This document shows, piece after piece, positions 20,701 through 29,440 of a DNA stretch of 64,000 nucleotides. The stretch lies in contig CBDAOI010000003.1 of assembly GCA_965198005.1 (NCBI GenBank), positions 992,001 to 1,056,000 on the forward strand. The letters run 5' to 3'. Under the pieces are notes generated by a model, which was not told the DNA's origin, ran no database searches, and worked only from the letters and a program-made list of their open reading frames with translations. Positions within the stretch are counted from its first letter, which is position 1, and each line of letters begins with the position of its first letter. This DNA is from Spirochaetia bacterium. GTDB lineage: Bacteria; Spirochaetota; Spirochaetia; SZUA-6; Bin103. The translations under genes and the position numbers were made by a program.

Positions 20701-21158
20701 CCGGCGGGCAGTCCCGCGAAGAAGGCGGCCGCCTGGTCGACGCTGGTCGGGCCGTCGGTCCCGGCGAGCACCGGAACGTCGTGCGCTACCGCCGCAGCGC
20801 GCGCTCGCAGCTTGTCGCCGAACAGTTCCAGCGTCTCGACCGCCGGCCCCACGAAGCGCGGCCCGCCTTCCTCACAGGCGCGCGCGAAGGCGGCGCTCTC
20901 GGCCAGGAACCCGTAGCCGGGGTGGACCGAGTCGCAGCCGGCCGCGCGCCCCAGCCGCACGATCCCGGCGCCGTCCAGGTAGGCGGGTACGCCGCGCCCG
21001 GACAGCGGCAGCGCCTCGTCGGCCACCTGGACGTGCAGCGACGCCGCGTCGTCTTCCGAGTAGATGGCGACGGTCGCGATCCCCAGGTCGGCGGCGGCCC
21101 GCGACACGCGAACCGCGACCTCGCCGCGATTCGCGATCAGGAGTTTTTTCAGGGCCAC
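17769..21158 (-). CDS. Single-chain biotin-dependent acyl-CoA carboxylase (BC-BCCP-CT)
   Basis: KKLLIANRGEVA, HPGYGFLAES, KAVAGGGGRG, EANPRLQVEH, biotinylation motif EAMKM, CT motifs DYTVLAGTQG and GGGGRPGD; true start GTG 21158. Confidence 0.95.
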   Translation of the reverse strand: MALKKLLIANRGEVAVRVSRAAADLGIATVAIYSEDDAASLHVQVADEALPLSGRGVPAYLDGAGIVRLGRAAGCDSVHPGYGFLAESAAFARACEEGGPRFVGPAVETLELFGDKLRARAAAVAHDVPVLAGTDGPTSVDQAAAFFAGLPAGCAMMIKAVAGGGGRGTRAVSSAEQIAATFERCRSEAEGAFGDGTLYVEQMVARARHVEVQILGDGTEVVQVGERECSAQRRHQKLVEIAPAPSLPGALRTRIIDAARRVAAAVGYRSLGTFEFLVDADDVGDAAAFYFIEANPRLQVEHTVTEAVTGLDLVQAQLGIAGGRSLAELGLTQEQIPAPRGFAIQARVNLETLSADGRMRPGGGTITAFEPPTGPGVRTDTYGYAGYTTNPAFDSLLAKVVGHSTSPHFADAVRRTSRALGEFRLAGVATNIPFLQNLVNHPDFRAGRIYTRFVDDHLSDLVAPRTDRRRRPFAGAAPAGGAQTVSTDPLAVFAHARAAGAAPDRGPARSADAAIHLTAPDGSVGLPAPIQGTVVSVLAAEGDAVHAGQELVVMEAMKMEHLVQAAASGIVRRIAVSVGDVILEGDPLVYVEPAAVGERSGAVEESVDLDRIRPDLQETIDRHAYTLDENRPEAVAKRRQRGFRMARENIAQLVDPGSFQEYWPLVVALQHQRNDDQALREKTPGDGLIVGTASINGARFADQHSRALVVAYDYTVLAGTQGRRNHYKQDRMYELATRFRLPVVVFTEGGGGRPGDDYVGPRVAMDTPTFMQFSQLSGLVPLVGINNGRCFAGNTALLACCDVIIATRNSTIGMGGPAMIEGGGLGVYTPEEVGPMSFQVPNGVVDILVEDEASAVDVAKRYLSYFQGALDDWESHDQRRLRHVVPENRLRLYDMREVIETIADRGSVLELREQFGVGIITAFIRVEGRPLGVLANNPHHLAGAIDSDGADKGARFLQLCDAFDLPVLSLMDCPGIMVGPEHERTALVRHCARMFNTGANLTTPLFGVIVRKAYGLGVQAMCGACSLLGFFTVAWPTAEFSGMNLEGAVKLGYRRELAAIEDPEQRRVEFERRVADAYQRAKAVNAVAGGGVDDVIDPADTRWWIAAGMRRLPPPPPRSGKKRPYVDTW

Positions 21159-21928
21159 TACCTTCCCTTCCAGTTGGGCGCCCGTTTCTCGGCGAACGCG
21201 CGCGGTCCCTCGATGAAGTCTTCGCTGCCGCGCAACGCCTCGACACAGTCGTACCGGTGGCTCATCGACTCCTCCAGCGAGGGCGTGTCGAGGCTCCGGT
21301 ACACCACCTCCTTGGAGGCGCGGATCGACAGCGGCGCGCAGGCGCAGATCATCTGCGCCCAGCGGTTCGCCTGGCTCAGGAGCTCGGCGTCGGGCACCAC
21401 CGCGGTGACGAAGCCGAGCTCGTAGCCCTCCCCGGCGGATACGTGACGGCCGGTGAGAATCATGCCGAGGGCGCGTTTCGCGCCGATCTCGCGCGGCAGA
21501 CGCTGCAGGCCGCCGGCGAGGGCGGCCATGCCGACCGTCGCCTCCGGCAGCGCGAAGCGCGCGCTGCGCGCGGCGATGATCAGGTCGCAGGCGAGCGCGA
21601 TCTCGAAACCACCGCCCATGCACACGCCATTGACGGCGGCGATGATCGGCTTGGTCAGGTCGAACCGAGCGGTCAGCCCGCCGAATCCGCGTGGGGTGGG
21701 CACGCGCTCGCCGCCTTCAGCCTGATGGCGGAGGTCGTTCCCGGCGCAGAAGCCGCGGCCCTCGCCGGTGATGATCGCGACCCAGGCATCGTCGTTGGCG
21801 GCGAAGTCGTCGAATACGCGGCCCAGCTCCGCGTTGCCGGGCGGATGCAGCGCGTTCAGCCGCTCCGGTCGCGTGATCGTCACGGTCATGACGTGCTCGG
21901 ACAGCTCGACTCGGCAGAATTGTGTCAT
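21158..21928 (-). CDS. Enoyl-CoA hydratase/isomerase (crotonase family)
   Basis: RPERLNAL, FCAGNDL, AAVNGVCMGGGFEIALACD, FALPEATVG. Confidence 0.93.
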   Translation of the reverse strand: MTQFCRVELSEHVMTVTITRPERLNALHPPGNAELGRVFDDFAANDDAWVAIITGEGRGFCAGNDLRHQAEGGERVPTPRGFGGLTARFDLTKPIIAAVNGVCMGGGFEIALACDLIIAARSARFALPEATVGMAALAGGLQRLPREIGAKRALGMILTGRHVSAGEGYELGFVTAVVPDAELLSQANRWAQMICACAPLSIRASKEVVYRSLDTPSLEESMSHRYDCVEALRGSEDFIEGPRAFAEKRAPNWKGR

Positions 21929-22095
21929 GGCGCTCCCTCCTGGTGACCCGTGCCCCGGGTCAAGGCATCATATCCGTCTCGGACGCCCTGGGTCACATTC
22001 TCGCGCCCAGGCGCGGCCCGGCGGACCTTGACCGCCCGGAGCGGGCCGGCTTACCCTCCGGCCACTCCCGAACGGGAGCGCACAGGAGGCAGCAC

Positions 22096-23157
22096 ATGAC
22101 CACCCGCGCCGCGATCCAGACCGTTCCCAACGGACCGCTCATCATCGACGAACTACCGCTACCCGAACCCGGGCTCGACCAGGTGGCGGTCAAGCTGTTC
22201 TCCAGCGGCGTCTGCCACTCGCAGCTCCACGGCATGAAGGACGCCACCGCCCGGCGACCGCTGCTGTTGGGCCACGAGGGCACCGGCGTCGTCATCCAGG
22301 CCGGCGCGGAGGTCAGCCACGTCAAGGAAGGGGACCACGTGATCGTCACCTGGGTCACCCGGACCGCGCAGCCGACACCGCCGGCCGACATGGCGCCGCC
22401 GGTCGCCGTCGAGTATCAGGGTGAGCCGGCGTTCTACTGGAACGTGCATACGTGGAGCGAGCACGTCGTGGCCGCGGCCGAGCTCGTGGTCGGGATAGCG
22501 CAGGATGCGCCGACCGACGTAAGCTGCATCGTCGGCTGCGCGGTGCTCACCGGCGCCGGCGCCGTGATGCGCACCGCCCAGGTGCGGCCGGGCGACTCGG
22601 TGGCGGTGTTCGGGGTCGGCGGCGTAGGTCTGTCGGCCCTGCGCATGGCGGCACTCCTGGAAGCATATCCGATCATCGCCGTGGACCTGCGCGACGACAA
22701 GCTGGAATTCGCCCGCCGGTTCGGAGCGACCCACGTGGTGAACGCGGCCCAGGGAGATCCGGTCGCGGCGATCAGGGACCTCACCGGCGGGGGCGTCGAC
22801 TACGCCTTCGACGCGATCGGGGTGCGGGCGACGACCGAACAGATTCTCGATGCGACCCGTCCCGGCTGGTCGGGGGCGGACAGCCACGGCGGCATGGCCG
22901 TGCTGATCGGCATTCCACCGGCCGAGATGACCCTCGACCCGCGCAAGATCATGTTTCACCAGCGCCGTTACCGGGGCAGCCACGGCGCGACCATTCCCGA
23001 GCGCGACTTCCCGATGTATCTGCGCCTGCACGCCGAGGGCAAGTTTCCGCTGGACAAGCTGGTGACCGACCGCTACCGCCTGGACCAGATCAACGAAGCC
23101 TGCGCCGCGCTGCGCGCCGGCGACATCATGGGCCGCGCCATCATCGAGTACGATTAG
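22096..23157 (+). CDS. Zinc-binding alcohol dehydrogenase (MDR family)
   Basis: GVCHSQLH, LGHEGTG, FGVGGVG; ATG at 22096 after AGGAGG. Confidence 0.92.
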   Translation: MTTRAAIQTVPNGPLIIDELPLPEPGLDQVAVKLFSSGVCHSQLHGMKDATARRPLLLGHEGTGVVIQAGAEVSHVKEGDHVIVTWVTRTAQPTPPADMAPPVAVEYQGEPAFYWNVHTWSEHVVAAAELVVGIAQDAPTDVSCIVGCAVLTGAGAVMRTAQVRPGDSVAVFGVGGVGLSALRMAALLEAYPIIAVDLRDDKLEFARRFGATHVVNAAQGDPVAAIRDLTGGGVDYAFDAIGVRATTEQILDATRPGWSGADSHGGMAVLIGIPPAEMTLDPRKIMFHQRRYRGSHGATIPERDFPMYLRLHAEGKFPLDKLVTDRYRLDQINEACAALRAGDIMGRAIIEYD

Positions 23158-23233
23158 TCGGACCTGTCTCCATGGGTGCCAAGACTATTCTCTGTACATT
23201 CCGTAGAACCACCATCCGAACCTGGACCAATTC

Positions 23234-23861
23234 ATGATAGAAGATACGTCGGACGAGTATATTGAAGATCCACTGAACGGTGATGACGAGATTGCCGGCA
23301 CGATACGCTACGCTATCTCGAGTTACGGAGCTGATATGCCTGTTGATGGAGTAATCAGCAGGCTTGATCGGAATGACATTTTTATCCCGCAGTTCCAACG
23401 AAACTTCGTATGGAATCAAGCTCAGGCATCCCGGTTCATTGAGTCTTTGCTTCTAGGCCTTCCCGTGCCTGGGATATTTCTGTTCAAGGAACCCGAGACG
23501 AGGCGTCTGATGGTCATCGATGGACAACAGAGACTGCTGACGTTGAAGTCTTTTCACGACGGAATAATCCGTGATAGAGCATTTGCATTGGTCGGTGTAT
23601 CGAAGGATTTCGCGGGTAAGACATACAAGACATTGGCTGATGAAGAGCGTCGAGAACTTGATGATTCGATACTGCACGCAACAATCTTCCAGCAAGATCG
23701 TCCGAGCGATGATCGTAGTTCGATCTACTCCGTGTTTGAGCGGTTGAATACTGGAGGGACCTCTCTACAGCCTCAAGAGATTCGTTCCTGTGTGTATAGA
23801 GGAGCGTTCAACGATCTGCTGTCGGAGCTAGCTAACAATTCTCACTGGAGAAAGCTCTACT
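23234..23861 (+). pseudogene. DUF262 (GmrSD N-terminal, ParB/Srx-like) protein, truncated
   Basis: IPQFQRNFVW, FIESLLLGLPVP, VIDGQQRL, FERLNTGG; A/T-richer than flanks; ends abruptly near 23861. Confidence 0.85.
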
Positions 23862-24973
23862 TTGGCGGGGCTGTTTGCCGACGCGGGTTACCGGACCGGC
23901 TACATCGGCAAGTGGCACTCGGCAGCTCCGGCGTGGGGGCAGTGCCGGAGTCCGAGCGCTACGGTTACCGGGACTGGCTGGCGTCCAACCTGCTGGAGCT
24001 CACCTCCGACGCCTACGCCACCACGATGTACGACGAGCGCGGCGCCGCGGCCCGGTTGCCGGGCTACCGGGTCGACGCCGTTGCGGATGCGGCGATCCGT
24101 TGCCTCGACCGGCAGGCGCGGCAGCGGCAGCCGTTCTTCCTGTTCACGTCGTTCCTCGAACCGCACATGCAGAACAGCCGGGACGACTACCCGGCGCCCA
24201 CCGGTTACGAGGAGGCCTGCACCGGCGTCTGGGTACCGCCCGATCTGGCCGCCCTCGGCGGCTCGAGCCACCGGCACCTGGCCGGCTACTACGGCATGGT
24301 GAAGCGCCTCGACGAGGCGCTGGGCCGGGTGCTCGACGCGTTGCGCAGCCTCGATCTGCTGCAGTCCACCGTGGTGCTGTTCACCAGCGACCACGGTTGC
24401 CATTTCAAGACGCGCAACGACGAATACAAGCGCTCATGCCACGAGAGCTCGATCCGCCTGCCCACCGTCCTGATCGGCCCCGGGCTCGACGGCGGCGGCC
24501 GGGTGCGGCAGCTCACCAGCCTGATCGACCTGCCGCGCACGCTGCTGGACGCGGCCGGCCTCACGCCGCCGCCGGCGATGCGCGGTCGGTCGGTCCTGCC
24601 GCTGCTTACCGATCCGGCGGCGCGGAAGACCTGGCCCGACGACCTGTTCGTTCAGGTCAGCGAGAGCCAAGTGGGGCGGGCGCTGCGGACCGCTCGCTGG
24701 AAGTACGGCGTGTTCGCTCCCGGCGCGGATGGCAACACGCAACCGTCCGCCGCCAGCTACCAGGAGCAGTACCTCTATGACCTGCGCGCCGACCGCTACG
24801 AGTTGGTCAACCTCGCCGGCAGCCGCGCGCACGACAGCGTAGCGGCGCGCCTGCGGCGGCGGTTGCTCCGTCACTTGGCCGCGGTGGAGGGCAGTGAGCC
24901 GACCATCGTGCCCGCAGCCAGTCGGCACGTCCCCCTCGTCACCATCACCAACGACGAGTTGGCCGGCCTCTAA
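23862..24973 (+). pseudogene. Sulfatase, N-terminally truncated with an early frameshift
   Basis: LAGLFADAGYRTGYIGKWH (shifted frame), then PFFLFTSFLEPH, VLFTSDHG, KRSCHESSIRLP, LYDLRADRYELVNLA. Confidence 0.85.
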
Positions 24974-25197
24974 CGCATGCCTATCAGGGTAACTACCGCA
25001 GCACGGACGCGTCGGCGCGGCGGTGGCGGAACTGAAGGAGGCGGCGGCGGCGCGGCCAAGCCGACGGCCTCTGGGCTCGACCCGTTCGCACGGTTGGGTG
25101 GCGTCTAGTACTGCGAACGGAACCGGAACTTGCGGAACTGTTCCGTCACTACGCCGAGAGCGGCGGCTACCCCGAACCGATGCTCCGGGACATGGAC

Positions 25198-25460
25198 CGC
25201 GGCTTCTATCTGCGAACCCTCTGGGATTCGATTCTCTACAAGGACATCGTGCGACGCCGCCGCATCCGCTCGGTGGCGGGCATCGAAGACCTGGCCGGGT
25301 ACCTCCTGGCCAATGTCGCCCGCGAGTACTCTCTCAATCGGCTGACCACGGTCACTCGCTGCAAGAGTGTGCATACGGTGGCCAAGTACATCGGCTACCT
25401 GGAAGAGGCGTTCCTGTTCTTCTCGCTCCCGCGCTTCTCCTTCAAGGCACGGGAGAAGGA
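25198..25460 (+). pseudogene. Fragment of an AAA_14/DUF4143 ATPase
   Basis: YLRTLWDSILYKDIVRRRRIR...SVHTVAKYIGYLEEAFL is the central wHTH region of this family. Confidence 0.7.
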
Positions 25461-25512
25461 TCACGATGATCGGCGCCAGTGCGATCCAGCGCACGTTGAT
25501 CCGTTGATCTAC

Positions 25513-25585
25513 CTTTTCGTCGTGACCCCAGTAGTCGGGATTCTTGACCCAGGTCAGAGAGCTGCCCTCGCCCCAGTCGGTCAAC
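25513..25585 (-). pseudogene. Micro-fragment of a family-5 SBP
   Basis: TDWGEGSSLTWVKNPDYWGHDEK, paralogous to the 40230-40300 and 47790-47860 regions. Confidence 0.7.
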
Positions 25586-25662
25586 GCCAGGCCAGGTGGC
25601 GGCCGCCACGTTGCTTGGCCAGTTCCGTTGCTCGCCGGGTTCCGTTCTACTATGCTGCGGTG

Positions 25663-28458
25663 ATGCAGACCGTGGCGTTGACGTCTCGTCCGTTTCTCGC
25701 CAGCGCCGCCGCCAAACGCCGCTTCGTAGGCGTCGCGCTGCTGCTCGTCATCCTCGTGCCGTTCGCGGCGCTGAACCGGCTCCCCAAGCTGGATACGGTC
25801 CGCGAGGACCTCCGCGCCGCGCTCGCCCCCACCGCTCAGTGTTTTCAAGGGTTCTGCATCAAGGACCCTGGCCGGGCGAGCGAACGGAGTGGTTTCTTCG
25901 ACCGTTGGTGGCGATTCTCCGTGACCTACCTGCAGCTGGTTGCCATCGGGATGTTGTTTGCGTTTGCGGCCGCCGCCATTGCCGAGGCGTTCCTCGTCTC
26001 CGACGTGTCCGTGCGTGCAGGCCTCGCTACCTCCGCCGCTGGATCCGGGCGTTGGCAGCGCATCCTGAAGGGCATCGGTCTCGGCCCCGTGCTCAACCTC
26101 TGTTCGGCATGCATCGCTCCGGTGTCCAGCACGCTTCGGCGCGGCGGCATGGGAGTCGAGGGCGCGCTCGCTCTGGTGCACGGATCGGCCACACTCAATG
26201 TGCCGTCACTGCTGATGATCGCCGTAGTCTTCACCCCCCTCCTCGGTGCGAGTCGGCTCACTCTTGGGCTGGTCGCGGCGTTCTCGCTGGGGCCCCTGGT
26301 CGCCTGGGCGACGCGCCGGCGTGGCGCGAGCCTCGACGACCGCGCCAGCACCGAGGTCGTGTGCGAGGTACCGGTAGCGGTAGAGGAGCTTGCGACCTGG
26401 TCGGAGGTGCTGCGGACCGGCGGCGCGGAATGGCTGCGCTCGTGCGCGCGACTGGTGCGGCGCATGTTACCGCTCATGATCGTGGCCGGCTTCGCCAGCG
26501 GCGCGGCCATCCAGGCGTTGCAGCCCGAGACCGTTACCTCCTATCTCGGCGAAAGCCTGCTGGGGGTCGTCATCGCCTCGACGCTCGGCGTTCTGATCAA
26601 CGTGCCGTTGCTGTTCGAGATCCCGCTGGTCGCGCTGCTGCTGATCCTCGGCGCGGGCACGGCTCCGGCCGCAGCCCTGCTGTTCGCCGCCGCCGCCGGG
26701 GGGCCGGTTACCTTCCTCACGCTTTCCAAGGCACTCGGTCGTCGCGGCGTCGCCGTCTACGCGGGCGGCACCTGGGCTATCGCCGTACTCGGCGGTGGCG
26801 CGGTGCTGCTGTTGGGGGCGCTGCTTGGGCCCGAGCGGGCGGCGCTGCGACTCGACGGTGGGCGAGCAACGGACGGCGCCAGCCACCTTCGCGTCGTGCC
26901 CAACTCCATCGTGCTGGCCACGTGCGCCAGCGAGCCGGCGCTCTGCCCCGACCAGAGCGGACTTCGTTGGCCGCACACGCCTACCATCCATGGGCACTCC
27001 GTGACCAGTGCCGGCGGCGCCGTCGGCGACTTCGACCGCGACGGTTGGCAAGACCTGTTCGTGCCGTCGGGCGGCACCACGCCCGACCGGCTGTACATGA
27101 ACAACGGCGACGGCACGTTCACCGATCGCGCCGCCGAGGCCGGAATTGCGGCCCGACATCACGGCTACGGCGCGGCCGTGGGCGACGTGGACAGCGACGG
27201 CTGGCTCGATATCTTCGTCATCAGCTATGGCACCGTGGACCAGCGCTTCACCATGCCCGGCAACCACCGCCTCTACCGCAACAACGGCGACGGGACGTTT
27301 ACCGACATCGCCGCCCGGGCGGGGGTGGCTACCACCAGCCTTAAGCAGCCGACCGGCACCGGGGCCAGCTTTGGCGACTACGACCTCGACGGCGACCTGG
27401 ACCTGGCCGTGGCCTCGTGGTTCTACGGCGAGGGGGGCAACGCGCTGTTCCGCAACAACGGCGACGGGACGTTCGAGAACGTGACGTCACTGCTGCCATT
27501 CAGCGGGAACAGCGCCCCTCAGGGGTATACGCCGCTGTTCGCCGACATGGATGGCGACCGCTATCCCGAGCTGCTGTGGGCCGCCGACTACTTCACCAGC
27601 CGCTACCTCCGCAACGATGGTGGTGGCGGCTTCACCGACATTACCGCGCAATCCCGGACCGGGCTGGACGCCAACGGCATGGGTGCAGCGGCAGCGGATC
27701 TCGACAACGACGGCAGGCTCGACTGGTTCGTCACCTCGGTGAGCACGCGGTTTGCGATCGGGAAAGCGCCGGGTACCGGGAACTTCCTGTATCGCAACCA
27801 GGGCGACCATCTCTACGAGTCGGTCGGCGACCGCGCGGGGGTCGAGGAGGGCGGCTGGGGATGGGGTGCCGTTGCGGTGGATCTGGACCACGACGGCTGG
27901 CTCGACCTCGTGCAGACCAACGGCTGGGAGGGGCACAACGGCCGGGACGATCCCGAGTGGGCGTCCGAGACGACCAGAGTGTTCCTCAACCTCACCGCCG
28001 TTGCGTCTGAGCTGACCTTCGCCGACGTCGCCGAACAAGCGGGCCTCGTCCACCGCGGGCAGGGCCGGGGACTTGTCCATCTCGACTATGACAATGACGG
28101 CGACCAGGACCTGGTCATCTTCAACAACCGGGAACTACCCACGTTGGTGCGCAACGAGCTCGACCCGGGTACGGACGGCAGCGGCCGCTGGCTGCGCGTG
28201 TTTCTGGATACGGCGGCGCGTGCGGATCTGGCGCCCGACGGCTTCGGCAGCCTGGTTGTGGTGCGCGCCGGCGATCTTCGTCAGGTGCGCTACGTCGGCG
28301 CAGCGGCCGGCTACCTCGGTCCGTCCGAGCTGTCGGCCCACTTCGGTCTCGGCGCCGCGCCGGTGGTGGACGAGCTGCAGGTGCACTGGGCCGACGGCAG
28401 CACCTCCACCTACCACCAGGTGCCCACCAACCGCACCCTCACCATCGCGGCGCGATAG
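25663..28458 (+). CDS. ArsP/DUF318-like permease fused to FG-GAP repeats and an ASPIC/UnbV (CRTAC1-like) domain
   Basis: Multi-TM N-terminal half with NLCSACIAP and two repeated permease halves; C-terminal GDFDRDGWQDL, GDVDSDGWLDI, GDYDLDGDLDL, DLDNDGRLD repeats; ends AHFGLG...VHWADG. Start ATG 25663. Confidence 0.85.
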   Translation: MQTVALTSRPFLASAAAKRRFVGVALLLVILVPFAALNRLPKLDTVREDLRAALAPTAQCFQGFCIKDPGRASERSGFFDRWWRFSVTYLQLVAIGMLFAFAAAAIAEAFLVSDVSVRAGLATSAAGSGRWQRILKGIGLGPVLNLCSACIAPVSSTLRRGGMGVEGALALVHGSATLNVPSLLMIAVVFTPLLGASRLTLGLVAAFSLGPLVAWATRRRGASLDDRASTEVVCEVPVAVEELATWSEVLRTGGAEWLRSCARLVRRMLPLMIVAGFASGAAIQALQPETVTSYLGESLLGVVIASTLGVLINVPLLFEIPLVALLLILGAGTAPAAALLFAAAAGGPVTFLTLSKALGRRGVAVYAGGTWAIAVLGGGAVLLLGALLGPERAALRLDGGRATDGASHLRVVPNSIVLATCASEPALCPDQSGLRWPHTPTIHGHSVTSAGGAVGDFDRDGWQDLFVPSGGTTPDRLYMNNGDGTFTDRAAEAGIAARHHGYGAAVGDVDSDGWLDIFVISYGTVDQRFTMPGNHRLYRNNGDGTFTDIAARAGVATTSLKQPTGTGASFGDYDLDGDLDLAVASWFYGEGGNALFRNNGDGTFENVTSLLPFSGNSAPQGYTPLFADMDGDRYPELLWAADYFTSRYLRNDGGGGFTDITAQSRTGLDANGMGAAAADLDNDGRLDWFVTSVSTRFAIGKAPGTGNFLYRNQGDHLYESVGDRAGVEEGGWGWGAVAVDLDHDGWLDLVQTNGWEGHNGRDDPEWASETTRVFLNLTAVASELTFADVAEQAGLVHRGQGRGLVHLDYDNDGDQDLVIFNNRELPTLVRNELDPGTDGSGRWLRVFLDTAARADLAPDGFGSLVVVRAGDLRQVRYVGAAAGYLGPSELSAHFGLGAAPVVDELQVHWADGSTSTYHQVPTNRTLTIAAR

Positions 28459-28521
28459 CTAACGCCCGGTCGCACCGTGGTAACGGTGACACCTCGGTCG
28501 CTTAGGCGCGTAGCCGCGAGC

Positions 28522-28550
28522 TTGACCGGTCGCATGCAGATTCTTACAAT
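28522..28550 (+). promoter_or_regulatory. Putative sigma70 promoter (near-leaderless) for the PIN-UPF0175 pair
   Basis: TTGACC (28522-27), 17 bp, TACAAT (28545-50); GTG start 8 nt later. Confidence 0.6.
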
Positions 28551-28558
28551 AGAATACA

Positions 28559-29029
28559 GTGAAGATCGTCATGGATGCGGACTGCCTCATCAAGCTGACC
28601 AAGGCCGACTTGAAAGAACAGGTGTGCGCCGGGTGGAGCATTACGATTCCAGAGTTGGTGAGACGCGAAACGGTCGAGCGGGCGCCCCAGCTTCCCGACG
28701 CGGTACGCATCCGCGAGAACGTCGAGAAGAGGCGTATCACGGTACAAGACGTTGCAGGCCCGCAGGCTGACGGAGAAAATGCGGCACTGTTCCTGTTCCG
28801 GGAAGGCGGCTTCGACCTGATTGCGAGTGACGATGCGCGGTTCATCCGCCGACTGCGCGGACTTGGTGTGCCGTTCGCGGTCCCGGCGGTAATCGCGGTG
28901 TTGCTCTGCCGTGACGGCGCGCTGACGGCAGATCAAGCGCGGGAGGCTCTCGAAGCCTTGCGTCCCCATATCAGCGCCGACCAGTATGCCGCTGCACAGC
29001 TCTTGGTTTCGGGAGGCGTGGTGAGGTGA
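28559..29029 (+). CDS. PIN-like domain protein
   Basis: IVMDADCLIKL, ADGENAAL, IASDDARF; DUF3368-like PIN pattern. Confidence 0.75.
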   Translation: MKIVMDADCLIKLTKADLKEQVCAGWSITIPELVRRETVERAPQLPDAVRIRENVEKRRITVQDVAGPQADGENAALFLFREGGFDLIASDDARFIRRLRGLGVPFAVPAVIAVLLCRDGALTADQAREALEALRPHISADQYAAAQLLVSGGVVR

Positions 29030-29328
29030 TCACGAAATCGTTGCGGTTGTCGGACTCCCTGGTGAGCGCGGTACGGGAAATCGGACGTGCCGAGCAGATC
29101 GAGGAATCGGCGGCGATGCGCAAGCTCCTGCGCATGGGCTACGGGCTCTATCTAGCCGAGCAGTACCGGGCGGGACGACGCACGCTGCGTGACGTGGCGG
29201 ACCGCCTGGACCTGTCGCTGAGCGAGACGCTCGACACGCTGCAGCGTCTCGGCATCACCGGCAACACCGGCGCCGATGATACGCTCGCATCCTTCCGTTC
29301 CACGTCGAAGCCAACTGGCCGTCAGTGA
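29026..29328 (+). CDS. UPF0175-like antitoxin (RHH-like N-terminus plus HTH)
   Basis: KSLRLSDSL...AAMRKLL...YRAGRRTLRDVADRLDLSLSETLDTLQRLGI; GTGA overlap with the PIN gene. Confidence 0.75.
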   Translation: MITKSLRLSDSLVSAVREIGRAEQIEESAAMRKLLRMGYGLYLAEQYRAGRRTLRDVADRLDLSLSETLDTLQRLGITGNTGADDTLASFRSTSKPTGRQ

Positions 29329-29349
29329 GGCACGTAGGCTCAGCGCAAT

Positions 29350-29440
29350 TCGTGGCCGGCTTCGCCAGCGGCGCCGCCATCCAGGCCTTGCAGCCGGAGA
29401 CCGTTACGGCCTACCTCGGCGAAAGCCTGCTGGGGGTCGT
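29350..29440 (+). repeat. 91-bp diverged copy of 26480-26570 (permease part of the ArsP-CRTAC1 gene)
   Basis: Direct alignment shows 6 mismatches in 91 bp, five of them synonymous. Confidence 0.9.

Noticed and set aside
21159-21623. N-terminal extension of the carboxylase ORF, and likewise 60907-61482 of the TPR NTPase ORF
   Set aside because: They overlap real upstream genes in another frame; coupled starts at 21158 and 60906 fit better.
23234-24973. 579-aa DUF262-sulfatase 'fusion protein'
   Set aside because: Sharp composition change at about 23861. The sulfatase lacks its N-terminal catalytic motif and its GYRTGYIGKWH motif is in another frame, so the open frame is coincidental.
25180-25662. 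N-terminal extension making a 1092-aa ATPase-fragment/permease/CRTAC1 protein
   Set aside because: The extension is a patchwork of a DUF4143-ATPase fragment and an antisense SBP snippet; the real gene most likely starts at 25663.
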